Below, one piece after another: positions 28,301-35,771 of a stretch of DNA of 64,000 nucleotides. The stretch is from Bacteroidota bacterium. GTDB lineage: Bacteria > Bacteroidota > Bacteroidia > M30B66. The translations under genes and the position numbers were made by a program. The notes under the pieces are model-generated. The model was not told the DNA's origin. It did no database searches and saw only the letters and a list, made by a program, of their open reading frames with translations. Where the stretch lies: the NCBI GenBank assembly GCA_027483445.1, contig JAIXUS010000038.1:83931-147930 (forward strand). The letters run 5' to 3'. Position 1 is the stretch's first letter, and each line of letters begins with the position of its first letter.

Positions 28301-31139
28301 AGGTAATAAACAATGCAGCAGGCATGAGCTGAATGCTGGCAAAACTGGATGCAGTGCAGCCTATGCTATCGACCACTAACAACGAAACTGTACTTGCGGT
28401 GGCATTTTCGCTAAATGTGTGGTTCACCACAGGTGTAGTGGCTTGAAATCCATCGGAAAAATTCCATTGAATTGTCTCGTAAAAACCCTGGTTCTGAAGC
28501 GTAATTTCAACATCTAATTGTTCGCAGGCTCCTTGTTGTTCAACGGTGTAAGTTGGTTGCCCTCCACCGATAAATATCGACTGGGCATAGGAAAACGTAT
28601 CCAAGCCATACGGAGTCATTGCGGTGTAAAAAACATTATACAGGCCCGTTTCGGTGTAGGTGATCTGAGGCCTTTGCATATTGGATGTTTGCCCATTTCC
28701 AAAATGCCATTGAAGAACGGTATGACTGGAGTCTTGAGGCACAAAGTTTACCGTTAAAGGTGCACACCCAATGAGGGGTTCAACTAAAACAGCACTTTCG
28801 CCCGGATCTGTACCACCAGTTCCCTCCTCGCCCTGGTCTTCATTAATGGCTTGCATATCTGCAAAAGCAGGAGCTGAAGAAGAAATGCTGCATTCGTCGG
28901 TGGTAATGGTGAGTGTAACCTGGTAATCGCCCTCTGTTTGATAGGTATGAACCGGGAATTGCTCTGTTGATGTGTTGCCATCCCCAAAATCCCATAACCA
29001 GCCAGTTGCAGCAGAATTGGTTGGGAAAAAGCTTACTGTTTGGGGGAATGGCCCATTAACGTAAGATGTTGTAAACGAGGCCACAGCAGAAGCAAAATTC
29101 ACTGCATTGAAGGCAATGTAAGAGCCTACACATCCCGATTGAGAAACGGTGGTTAATGAAACGTGATGGACGTTTTGATTGGGATAAATATGGTTGGGCG
29201 ATTCTTCGGTCGAAGTGGTGCCATCCCCAAAATTCCATAACCACGATACTGTATTGTTGCTGGAGGTGTCTTGAAAGGATACAGTGTAGGGTGGGCAAGG
29301 ATCAACATCAACCTCGAAATAAGGCACACCACCTTCGACAATAACAGTTTGGTAATTTGAGAAGTAATTGCTACAGCCCGTGCCGTTATCCACTACTAGC
29401 GAAACTGTGTAGGTTCCGTTTTGGGTGTAGGTATGAGTAACGTTTGTTCCTGTGGCAGTGGTTCCATCACCAAAATTCCAGGTGTAAGTGGTGCCTGCTA
29501 CCTGCGAAATACTAAAGCTACTTGTAAGGGGCACGCAACCAACAATTGGAGGCGGTGGTGAGTACGGTGCCTCCTGGTACATGACGTTGATAAAGTCGTT
29601 TAGTAAAAGAGTATCGGTGCAGCCCCCCTGCCCATGAGCTACAAGCATAACATCGTAGCTTCCAAGCTGATTAAAAGTAATTGAAGGGTTGGCTAACGTT
29701 GATGTTTGGCCGTTTCCGAAATGCCAAGTATAACCAATCGCGCTTTGAGAGGCATTGGTAAAGTTAACTGTTAATGGCGGGCAGCCATAGGTTGCAGAAG
29801 CATTAAAACTGGCAATTGGGGCTCTCACCTGTACCGCACCACTCTGTTGCACGGCGGCATAACAGCCATTGGCGGAGTATGCTCCCAAACCAACAGAATA
29901 AAGCCCCGGCTGGGTATAAGTAAACGTATTCTGGGTAAGTGGAATAGTTTGACCATTTCCCCAATTCACAACAAAACTACTTGCTCCAACGGTTTGGTTG
30001 TTTAAAGTAACTGTTAAGGGAGCACATCCGCTGGTATTCGAGAGCGTAAACTGAGGATTGGGTTTTGGATACACCATAATGGGCACAACCGGTGCATTGT
30101 AAATACAACCTGTGGGCATGGTAACGGCGAGCGACAAATTGAAATTTCCCGGCGCATTGTAAGTTACCGAAGGAGCATTGGATGCAGAGCTGGTATTGTT
30201 TCCAAAATTCCAGGCATAGCTCGTTGCATTGGGTATGTTTTGATTTAGGTTGATGGCAAAAGGCTCACATCCAGCACTATCGCTGGCCGTAATTTGAGGA
30301 AACACCGGAGCATGAACAGTAATGTACTGTGTGCGAATGAGAGAGTCGACACATCCATTTGCATTGGTGGCTCTCAATTTAACGGTAAAAACACCTGGAG
30401 CGCCGTACACTTTGCTGGGATTGGCCTGCACTGATGTGGTTCCGTCGCCAAAATCCCATAGGTAGCTGGTCGCACCTGTTGAAAGGTTGTTGAAGTTGAA
30501 CGCTTGATTTACATTGCAGCTTGAGGTAATGCTCGCCGTAAAGTCGGCATCAGGAAGGGGAAACACTGTGAGGTTTTGCGGCAATGTAAACACCGTTTGA
30601 CAACCGACCTGATTGGTTGCAATGAGACTAACCGAATAAGAACCCGGAGTATTATATATGTGTGTTGGCGACAACTGGATAGATGATGTTCCATCGCCAA
30701 AATCCCAAAAGGCACTTATTGCACCTTGTGAGCTATTGTTAAAGGAAAAAGTGTTTTGGAATACACAGCCGCTCAGACTAGGTGCTGTGAAAGAAGCCTG
30801 TGGACCTGGCAGTGCGGTAATTGTTGCAGTGTGTGTATTTGTTTGACCTCCAGACGAAGTAGCGGTTAGGACCACGGTGTAAGTGCCCGGCTGAACGAAA
30901 ACGTTTTGTGGGTTTTGGAGGGTTGAGAAGTTTCCATTGCCAAAGTCCCACTGAAAACTCGCCGCTCCGGTTGACGTGCTCGTGAAGTTTACGCTCAGTG
31001 GGGCACAACCGGTAAGGGTTGAAGCAGAAAAATTGGCCTGAGGAGTCTGACTAAAAGCAGGAAATGCTATAAGAACGAGAAGCAGGCAAAGCAGGCGCAT
31101 GGCCGGAAGTGAGGAGTATTCGTCTTTCATAGCATTCAT
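25311..31139 (-). CDS. Secreted PKD-repeat/FN3 protein lacking a T9SS C-terminal domain
   Basis: Signal peptide (PAFS|QTP), about 19 W.FG.G PKD-like repeats, three complete FN3-like repeats and a fourth ending at RTVDEN*. The start could also be a slightly later Met. Confidence 0.9.
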   Translation of the reverse strand: MNAMKDEYSSLPAMRLLCLLLVLIAFPAFSQTPQANFSASTLTGCAPLSVNFTSTSTGAASFQWDFGNGNFSTLQNPQNVFVQPGTYTVVLTATSSGGQTNTHTATITALPGPQASFTAPSLSGCVFQNTFSFNNSSQGAISAFWDFGDGTSSIQLSPTHIYNTPGSYSVSLIATNQVGCQTVFTLPQNLTVFPLPDADFTASITSSCNVNQAFNFNNLSTGATSYLWDFGDGTTSVQANPSKVYGAPGVFTVKLRATNANGCVDSLIRTQYITVHAPVFPQITASDSAGCEPFAINLNQNIPNATSYAWNFGNNTSSASNAPSVTYNAPGNFNLSLAVTMPTGCIYNAPVVPIMVYPKPNPQFTLSNTSGCAPLTVTLNNQTVGASSFVVNWGNGQTIPLTQNTFTYTQPGLYSVGLGAYSANGCYAAVQQSGAVQVRAPIASFNASATYGCPPLTVNFTNASQSAIGYTWHFGNGQTSTLANPSITFNQLGSYDVMLVAHGQGGCTDTLLLNDFINVMYQEAPYSPPPPIVGCVPLTSSFSISQVAGTTYTWNFGDGTTATGTNVTHTYTQNGTYTVSLVVDNGTGCSNYFSNYQTVIVEGGVPYFEVDVDPCPPYTVSFQDTSSNNTVSWLWNFGDGTTSTEESPNHIYPNQNVHHVSLTTVSQSGCVGSYIAFNAVNFASAVASFTTSYVNGPFPQTVSFFPTNSAATGWLWDFGDGNTSTEQFPVHTYQTEGDYQVTLTITTDECSISSSAPAFADMQAINEDQGEEGTGGTDPGESAVLVEPLIGCAPLTVNFVPQDSSHTVLQWHFGNGQTSNMQRPQITYTETGLYNVFYTAMTPYGLDTFSYAQSIFIGGGQPTYTVEQQGACEQLDVEITLQNQGFYETIQWNFSDGFQATTPVVNHTFSENATASTVSLLVVDSIGCTASSFASIQLMPAALFITFPDKVCNAPVQFVNNLENTPGYSFFWEFGDGQTSNEASPEHTFIGEGEFTIHVTVTTPTGCTAITELSHTIRVANPNISFNFIGPNEGCAPFTATFANTTPNSTNVAWFWGDGTWSLATWTGSVYNGPTPKTYNTPGVYSVVQRVTSSLDPTCTVQVLHDSVVVVHGANADFSFVQSGLCLPVTVQFTSLATDAVSWFWDFGNGITSTEQDPVITFVTEPADSISLSIVTSNGCTDQMTKAHIELLNPEITASFQGNCNPLSVQFSTPTEGMIAWEWNFGDGASASGATVNHVYTQNGNYTATLVVTTSDNCRDTVSMAVPIDVDGPQAQFSSPTPAGCAPSVVEFFDSSSQAVAWLWDFGDGSSSTVQHPVKLYDQPGVFDVQLIVTNANGCSDTALYTDYVTVLGPATSFTFQSSGTCVGAPIQFTDLSNEAVEWEWNFGEGSTSTEQNPSFTYYAPGNYVITLFSRDTLGCSAFYTIPAPIQIHPYPVAGFTVDDMSGCAPHPVNFSNTSTGAATYSWDFGGQGTSTSANPTFLFSDPGNYNVSLIATTAFGCSDTAVIDGIRSFLVPVAAFTLNGTEGCTPLSVSFSNQSWQLENPSFLWNFGNGSTSNDLSPTEVYFNPGFYSVSLTVANANGCADTLILPSIVNVFDTLAAPVSPIIRVSVINPISTIIEWEESTAPDFGAYELFRKNADGSWSVIATITEAHLVSYIDQGLNTLDEVYCYKLLTRDRCGYSVETDSLIEHCTINVEVATRVDNTIEVNWSPYIGKTASQYRIFRTEENSNLEEDLGTVPGDVLSYIDSSVYCPVKYRYDIRAEGLNGQWHVESESDYDMSTPIANLFESQQVNTARSTVVEDAFVLTEWLVPEIMGDRVNGYLLYRSTDEQTWELIATLPAFQTSYTDQAVNVQATKYYYRVMATNSCGLLGIQGESSDNIVLQTKPLDDLYIELLWTPYKGWGAHGVGFYMVERENADGTWEVIRTVPGSEHRTVDEN

Positions 31140-31607
31140 TTATTCAACGGTACCATCGGCGACAAGGGTAACTGTGCCGGATTCTTCAGGCAGCACAAAT
31201 CCATTGGGGCCTTTGGCATTCACGGTATACACAAAAACATCGGTACTAGTTATGGCTTGGCCATTGTAGGTGCCATCCCACAAATCGGTTATCTCGTTGG
31301 TTTCGAAAATGAGCTCACCCCAACGGTTGAAGATCTTAAGGTTAAACTGAGTGAGATTCAACGCCTTGACTCCAAAGCGGTCGTTAATGCCATCGCCATT
31401 AGGCGTAAATGCTGTAGGAATATACAAGGTCGATTTGGGCGTGGCTTCGGCAATGTTCGAAAGGCTGGTAATGGATGTATTGGCCGCTTTAAACGCCGTT
31501 ACACGATATCTCTTGGCCATAGGATCAGGGGTCTGAGCATTTGTGTGGATGCTTATTCCTGATAAAATCAGTAGAACGAAAACCAGCCGTGTGTACCACT
31601 CTTGCAT
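31140..31607 (-). CDS. Small secreted protein: FN3-like terminal strands plus a type-B T9SS C-terminal domain
   Basis: Signal peptide (HTNA|QTP), KRYRVTA...SLSN, then LYIPTAFTPNGDGINDRF...IFNRWGE...WDGT...GTVTLV. Confidence 0.9.
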   Translation of the reverse strand: MQEWYTRLVFVLLILSGISIHTNAQTPDPMAKRYRVTAFKAANTSITSLSNIAEATPKSTLYIPTAFTPNGDGINDRFGVKALNLTQFNLKIFNRWGELIFETNEITDLWDGTYNGQAITSTDVFVYTVNAKGPNGFVLPEESGTVTLVADGTVE

Positions 31608-31690
31608 GACGCGCTTTTTAAAGTGTGATACTGCCTACGACTGATATGAGTTTCTCAAGCCAGCCCTTGATTTGACACTAACCTTACTTA

Positions 31691-31706
31691 TGCAAGGAAA
31701 AAGCCA
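31691..31706 (-). promoter_or_regulatory. Putative sigma-54 (-24/-12) promoter
   Basis: The minus strand reads TGGCTTTTTCCTTGCA, with correct GG-N10-GC spacing and TTGCA, 84 bp upstream of the ATG at 31607. The AC of the consensus TGGCAC is not matched. Confidence 0.55.
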
Positions 31707-31907
31707 GGCATTGAGCCATAGCAACTCCTATTTATTTGATTTTATGACTTTTAGAATGAGATGATTCAATAAAACAAGGCAGTATTCTAATGTAAGAAAG
31801 CTGTTCATTTTGCGCAGAAATTCAATCTTGTAAGTGTGACGGTTGATGATTTAGGTTCTGTTAATCGAAGATTATACAGTAAATTGCTCGCTGAGGCAGT
31901 GAATGGT

Positions 31908-32993
31908 ATGCAGATTAGCATTTTTGCGAGGAAGTCCGATTTTCAGGAGGTTACCCACATTAAGGGCTTACTCAAAGAGTGGTCTCCTAAGGTTTTTCAA
32001 TACGGCGAAACGGCACGTGTAGGAAAGCTAACCCGCGAAATTGTAATCCTTTACAAACCACAACTTACCGAAGAACTAATTCGCATTGCGGCAGAGGTTA
32101 GAATCCTTTCACCGAGCTGTTATTTATTGGTAATTGGGGAAGGCATTCCGGGGATGACTTTATTTCATGCACAGGTGAATTGTGCTTTGCAACTGTCGGA
32201 GATAAAACGAATTCCCGAACTGATTCATGAATTAAAAGCCAGATCCGAACGAATCACCAGCGATGGTGGCTCAATGGCGATGCAAGAGCTACAGGAGAAG
32301 AATAAGGAATTGGAGAAAATCAATTTTGAACTTGACCGATTTGTGTATTCGGCTTCTCATGATTTGCGCTCACCGCTGACTTCGGTATTAGGACTGTTGT
32401 ATTTGCTCCGAGAGGAAGTGAAAGCGGAAGGAGCGCAACGCTATGTGAGCCTCATGGAAGAGAGTATTCTCAAACTCGACAATATCATTCGCGATATTGT
32501 TGCCTATTCCAGAAACAACCGTGCAGGGCTTCAAATTGAAGAAATACATTTGCCTGAGCTTATCTCCGATTTAGAACCAGGATTGCGTTATCTCGAAACA
32601 GGAGAAATCACGGTTTCAGGTTGCGTAAAAGTCATGGCTGATTTCCCATTCTCTTCGGATCGAAATCGTTTAGTAGCCGTTCTGAACAACCTCATTTCCA
32701 ATTCAATCAAATACCGACATCCAGCTCGCCTCCCAGAAATCGAACTTAACATGGAGCGAAACGGGCAACACATTGTATTGGTTGTTTCCGACAATGGGAT
32801 TGGAATTAAGGAATACCACCTTGAGAAAATATTCGATATGTTTTATCGAACCAGCGATCATAGCACCGGTTCGGGCCTAGGATTGTACATTGTTCGCGAA
32901 ACAATTAAAAAACTTGGTGGCACAATTAGAGTTGATTCTGTTGTTAATCAAGGAACTAAATTTACCATTACCCTGCCTTTAGCTTACGCTTAA
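31908..32993 (+). CDS. Cytoplasmic histidine kinase with a degenerate N-terminal domain
   Basis: ELDRFVYSASHDLRSPL, NNLISNSIKY, DNGIGI and GSGLGL. Start is ATG 31908 or GTG 31836. Confidence 0.9.
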   Translation: MQISIFARKSDFQEVTHIKGLLKEWSPKVFQYGETARVGKLTREIVILYKPQLTEELIRIAAEVRILSPSCYLLVIGEGIPGMTLFHAQVNCALQLSEIKRIPELIHELKARSERITSDGGSMAMQELQEKNKELEKINFELDRFVYSASHDLRSPLTSVLGLLYLLREEVKAEGAQRYVSLMEESILKLDNIIRDIVAYSRNNRAGLQIEEIHLPELISDLEPGLRYLETGEITVSGCVKVMADFPFSSDRNRLVAVLNNLISNSIKYRHPARLPEIELNMERNGQHIVLVVSDNGIGIKEYHLEKIFDMFYRTSDHSTGSGLGLYIVRETIKKLGGTIRVDSVVNQGTKFTITLPLAYA

Positions 32994-33007
32994 TTTACCG
33001 ATACACC

Positions 33008-33403
33008 ATGATTATTCTCATCGACGATAACCCGATTGATACATTCATTCACACTAAAGCACTCGAATTGGGAGGCTATCGTGGACGAATTGAAGCTTTC
33101 CACTCGGCCGAAAAGGCGCTCGAGTACTTTAAAGGCATCTCAACATCAGCGATAGAGCCCGACTCGTTTGTTTTACTCGACATTCGAATTCCAGCAATGA
33201 ATGGTTTCGAATTCCTCGACGCATTAAAAAGGCTTGATAGAGAGGTTATTGCAACCTTTCCGGTGTATTTCCTATCCTCGTCGCTCGACTTAGAAGACCT
33301 GCAAAGAGCCAACACCTACTCCAATGTTGTTGGGTTTCTCGAAAAGCCACTTACCCGACACATGGTAGCCGAACTTCCAGGAATCCATAAGGTGGCCTCT
33401 TAA
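33008..33403 (+). CDS. Single-domain response regulator
   Basis: ILIDDNPID, LLDIRIP, LSSS and FLEKPL. Confidence 0.92.
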   Translation: MIILIDDNPIDTFIHTKALELGGYRGRIEAFHSAEKALEYFKGISTSAIEPDSFVLLDIRIPAMNGFEFLDALKRLDREVIATFPVYFLSSSLDLEDLQRANTYSNVVGFLEKPLTRHMVAELPGIHKVAS

Positions 33404-33675
33404 GCCTCCACGCAACAAGGGCAATTTCACAGAGAAAATTAGCGAGCGTAATTGTTAGGCTAGGTGAAATTGAAATCGCTTTGACAATCCGCTGCGCACA
33501 AGCCTTGCATTTACGTTAAGGCTTACTGAAAAATCGCCTGTAGTTTTAGTCATAGCAACGTTTACCCCGCTTAAATGAGGTATCGTTCAAGGGCTTTTCC
33601 TTGGGCTTTCAAAAATTCAGGTAATTCTGAATTTCGAAGGCTCAAAAATTTCAGTAGTTTGAAAAGGTAAGACCG

Positions 33676-34632
33676 TTACTTCAGTTCAAATTCTGTTTCG
33701 CCAATCTGAACGCCGTCGCTGTAGATTTGAACAATGTACTTTCCGGGTTGCAACTTTTCTTCCTTCACAACCTCCCAATTGAGGCATAATTGCATCACCT
33801 TGTTGTCGTAGAAAATATCTTTCTTCACTGAGTACGGAATCTCGTCGCCATTGAGCAACGTGATTTTTGAACGATCGCCGGTTGTAAATGTCTTTTTGTT
33901 CGGATCCTTAATTACTGCGTAGATGGCCTTCTCCTGTTTGTCGGCAATTTGATTGTCGAGCACAGTAAAGCACACTCTTAGGCGGTCTGCCTTGCTAGCC
34001 TTAGTTACTACTTTCTCTTTGGTTCCACTTACCCGCACTGCATCAGCATAAACTTCATAGGTTTTCAAGCGCTTGGCGATGTCGACCGTCTTGCTCAGCT
34101 TACTGTTTTCTTGTGTAAGCTTGCTATTCTGTGCGTTCAATTCTTCAAGCTGTTTAGCAGCTTTGAAGTTCTCGTTGGTCAGCTCCTGGTTTTTAGCCTT
34201 TAAATCGGCAATGATGGCTTCATTCTCATCATAGGCTTGCTGAAGTTCCTCCAAACGCGCCTTCATGCCCTTTCCGGCTGGGCTATCCGGAGATCCACCG
34301 TTGGCCTTCAATCGCTCATAGTCGCGCATTAGAGCCACAACTTTATCGCGCTCAGCTCCAAGCTCTGCTTTGAGCCCTTCGTGCGCCTGCATGAGGCTAT
34401 CGTATTTGGCAGTAAGCTCTTGCAATTGAGCACGGTATTCATCAATATCTTTCCCTGCCTGCTCGGTTTGGGCTTTAAGGGCTTCAGACTCTTTTTTAAT
34501 TGTGTTCAGTTGAACATACAGGTAGCCCGACAAAGCCGCGAATGCAGCTACCAAAAAGATAAGCAGAATAATGAGGCCACGGCCTTTGTTTTCTTTTTCC
34601 GGTGTCTCTTCTGCTGTGTTTAGTGTATCCAT
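33676..34632 (-). CDS. Membrane-anchored coiled-coil protein with a C-terminal beta domain
   Basis: One N-terminal TM helix, long heptad repeats and a C-terminal RVCFT...PGKYIVQIY...IGETEFELK. TATCTTTG promoter element upstream (34658-34665). Confidence 0.8.
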   Translation of the reverse strand: MDTLNTAEETPEKENKGRGLIILLIFLVAAFAALSGYLYVQLNTIKKESEALKAQTEQAGKDIDEYRAQLQELTAKYDSLMQAHEGLKAELGAERDKVVALMRDYERLKANGGSPDSPAGKGMKARLEELQQAYDENEAIIADLKAKNQELTNENFKAAKQLEELNAQNSKLTQENSKLSKTVDIAKRLKTYEVYADAVRVSGTKEKVVTKASKADRLRVCFTVLDNQIADKQEKAIYAVIKDPNKKTFTTGDRSKITLLNGDEIPYSVKKDIFYDNKVMQLCLNWEVVKEEKLQPGKYIVQIYSDGVQIGETEFELK

Positions 34633-34758
34633 GGATATGAGGAGTAATTCAGGTGAGCAAAGATATTTTTTTTTAGCCCTCTTCCTAACCAGACTGTCGA
34701 TTTCCTAAATTTACCTTGTCGTAAAGACACTGCACTGTATCTGACCAAAATTCTAACT

Positions 34759-35442
34759 ATGGTCAGAGATTTCATTCATTTGTTTTATCCGCGAATTTGT
34801 CCTTCCTGCGGAGATGCGCTTCGCAGCAACGAACGCGTGATTTGTTTATCCTGTCGCTTGTGTTTGCCACAAACCGGTTTTCATCTTCAAAGCGACAATC
34901 CAATCAGCCGCCTTTTTTGGGGACGAATTCCCATTCATAGTGCAACGGCTATGTATTTTTTCCGCAAAAGTGGCTATGTTCAGGAACTTCTCCATCAGCT
35001 GAAATATGGAAAACAGCCTGATATAGGTGTTGAGCTGGGCCGCTGGTATGGTAACGACTTGTTAAGAAGCCCCGAATATCGAAACACAGAGCTCATCCTT
35101 CCGGTGCCCCTTCACCCACGTAAGTTATTGATTCGCGGATACAACCAAAGTGAAATGTTTTCCAATGGATTGAGCGAAATTATGGGATGCCCCAGCGCAA
35201 ATAATTTGCTGGTGAAACAAACCGAGACTGAAACGCAAACCCGTAAAAGCCGATTCAGGCGCTGGGAAAATGTGCGCGAAGTGTTTGCCATCCCCCAGCC
35301 AGATGCGATCCTCGGTAAAAGAATCCTCCTTGTCGACGATGTGATTACCACAGGCGCTACCATTGAGGCTTGCGCCAGGATGCTCTTTCAACATGGCGCC
35401 TCAACAGTGCGGGTGGCCTCCATCGCAGCACCGGTATTCTAA
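34759..35442 (+). CDS. ComF family protein (zinc ribbon plus phosphoribosyltransferase)
   Basis: CPSC...CLSC, PVPLH...RGYNQS and LLVDDVITTGAT. Confidence 0.93.
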   Translation: MVRDFIHLFYPRICPSCGDALRSNERVICLSCRLCLPQTGFHLQSDNPISRLFWGRIPIHSATAMYFFRKSGYVQELLHQLKYGKQPDIGVELGRWYGNDLLRSPEYRNTELILPVPLHPRKLLIRGYNQSEMFSNGLSEIMGCPSANNLLVKQTETETQTRKSRFRRWENVREVFAIPQPDAILGKRILLVDDVITTGATIEACARMLFQHGASTVRVASIAAPVF

Positions 35443-35768
35443 GCCGGGCCTAATTTGGGGTTCTCCTTGTGACGGTTAGCGTCGCGCTTGGTCTTTTTTT
35501 CCAAGCTCTTGTGGATGGCCTCCGTTAAGTCGACGCCTGTTTGGTTTGCAAGACAAACGAGTACAAAAAGCACATCAGCCATCTCACCGGCCAAATCGGA
35601 TTCCTCGCCGGGCTTAAACGATTGCTCGCCGTAGCGCCTCGCCATAATTCGGGCAAGTTCGCCCACTTCCTCCATGAGCACCGCAGTGTTGGTGAGCTCA
35701 TTAAAGTACCGAACGCCAACTTCTTTAATCCAACGGTCAACCTCTTCTTGAAGCGCCTTAATCTCCAT
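35439..35768 (-). CDS. MazG-like nucleotide pyrophosphohydrolase
   Basis: LMEEVGELAR...EMADVLFVLVCLANQ. Confidence 0.92.
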   Translation of the reverse strand: MEIKALQEEVDRWIKEVGVRYFNELTNTAVLMEEVGELARIMARRYGEQSFKPGEESDLAGEMADVLFVLVCLANQTGVDLTEAIHKSLEKKTKRDANRHKENPKLGPA

Positions 35769-35771
35769 TTA

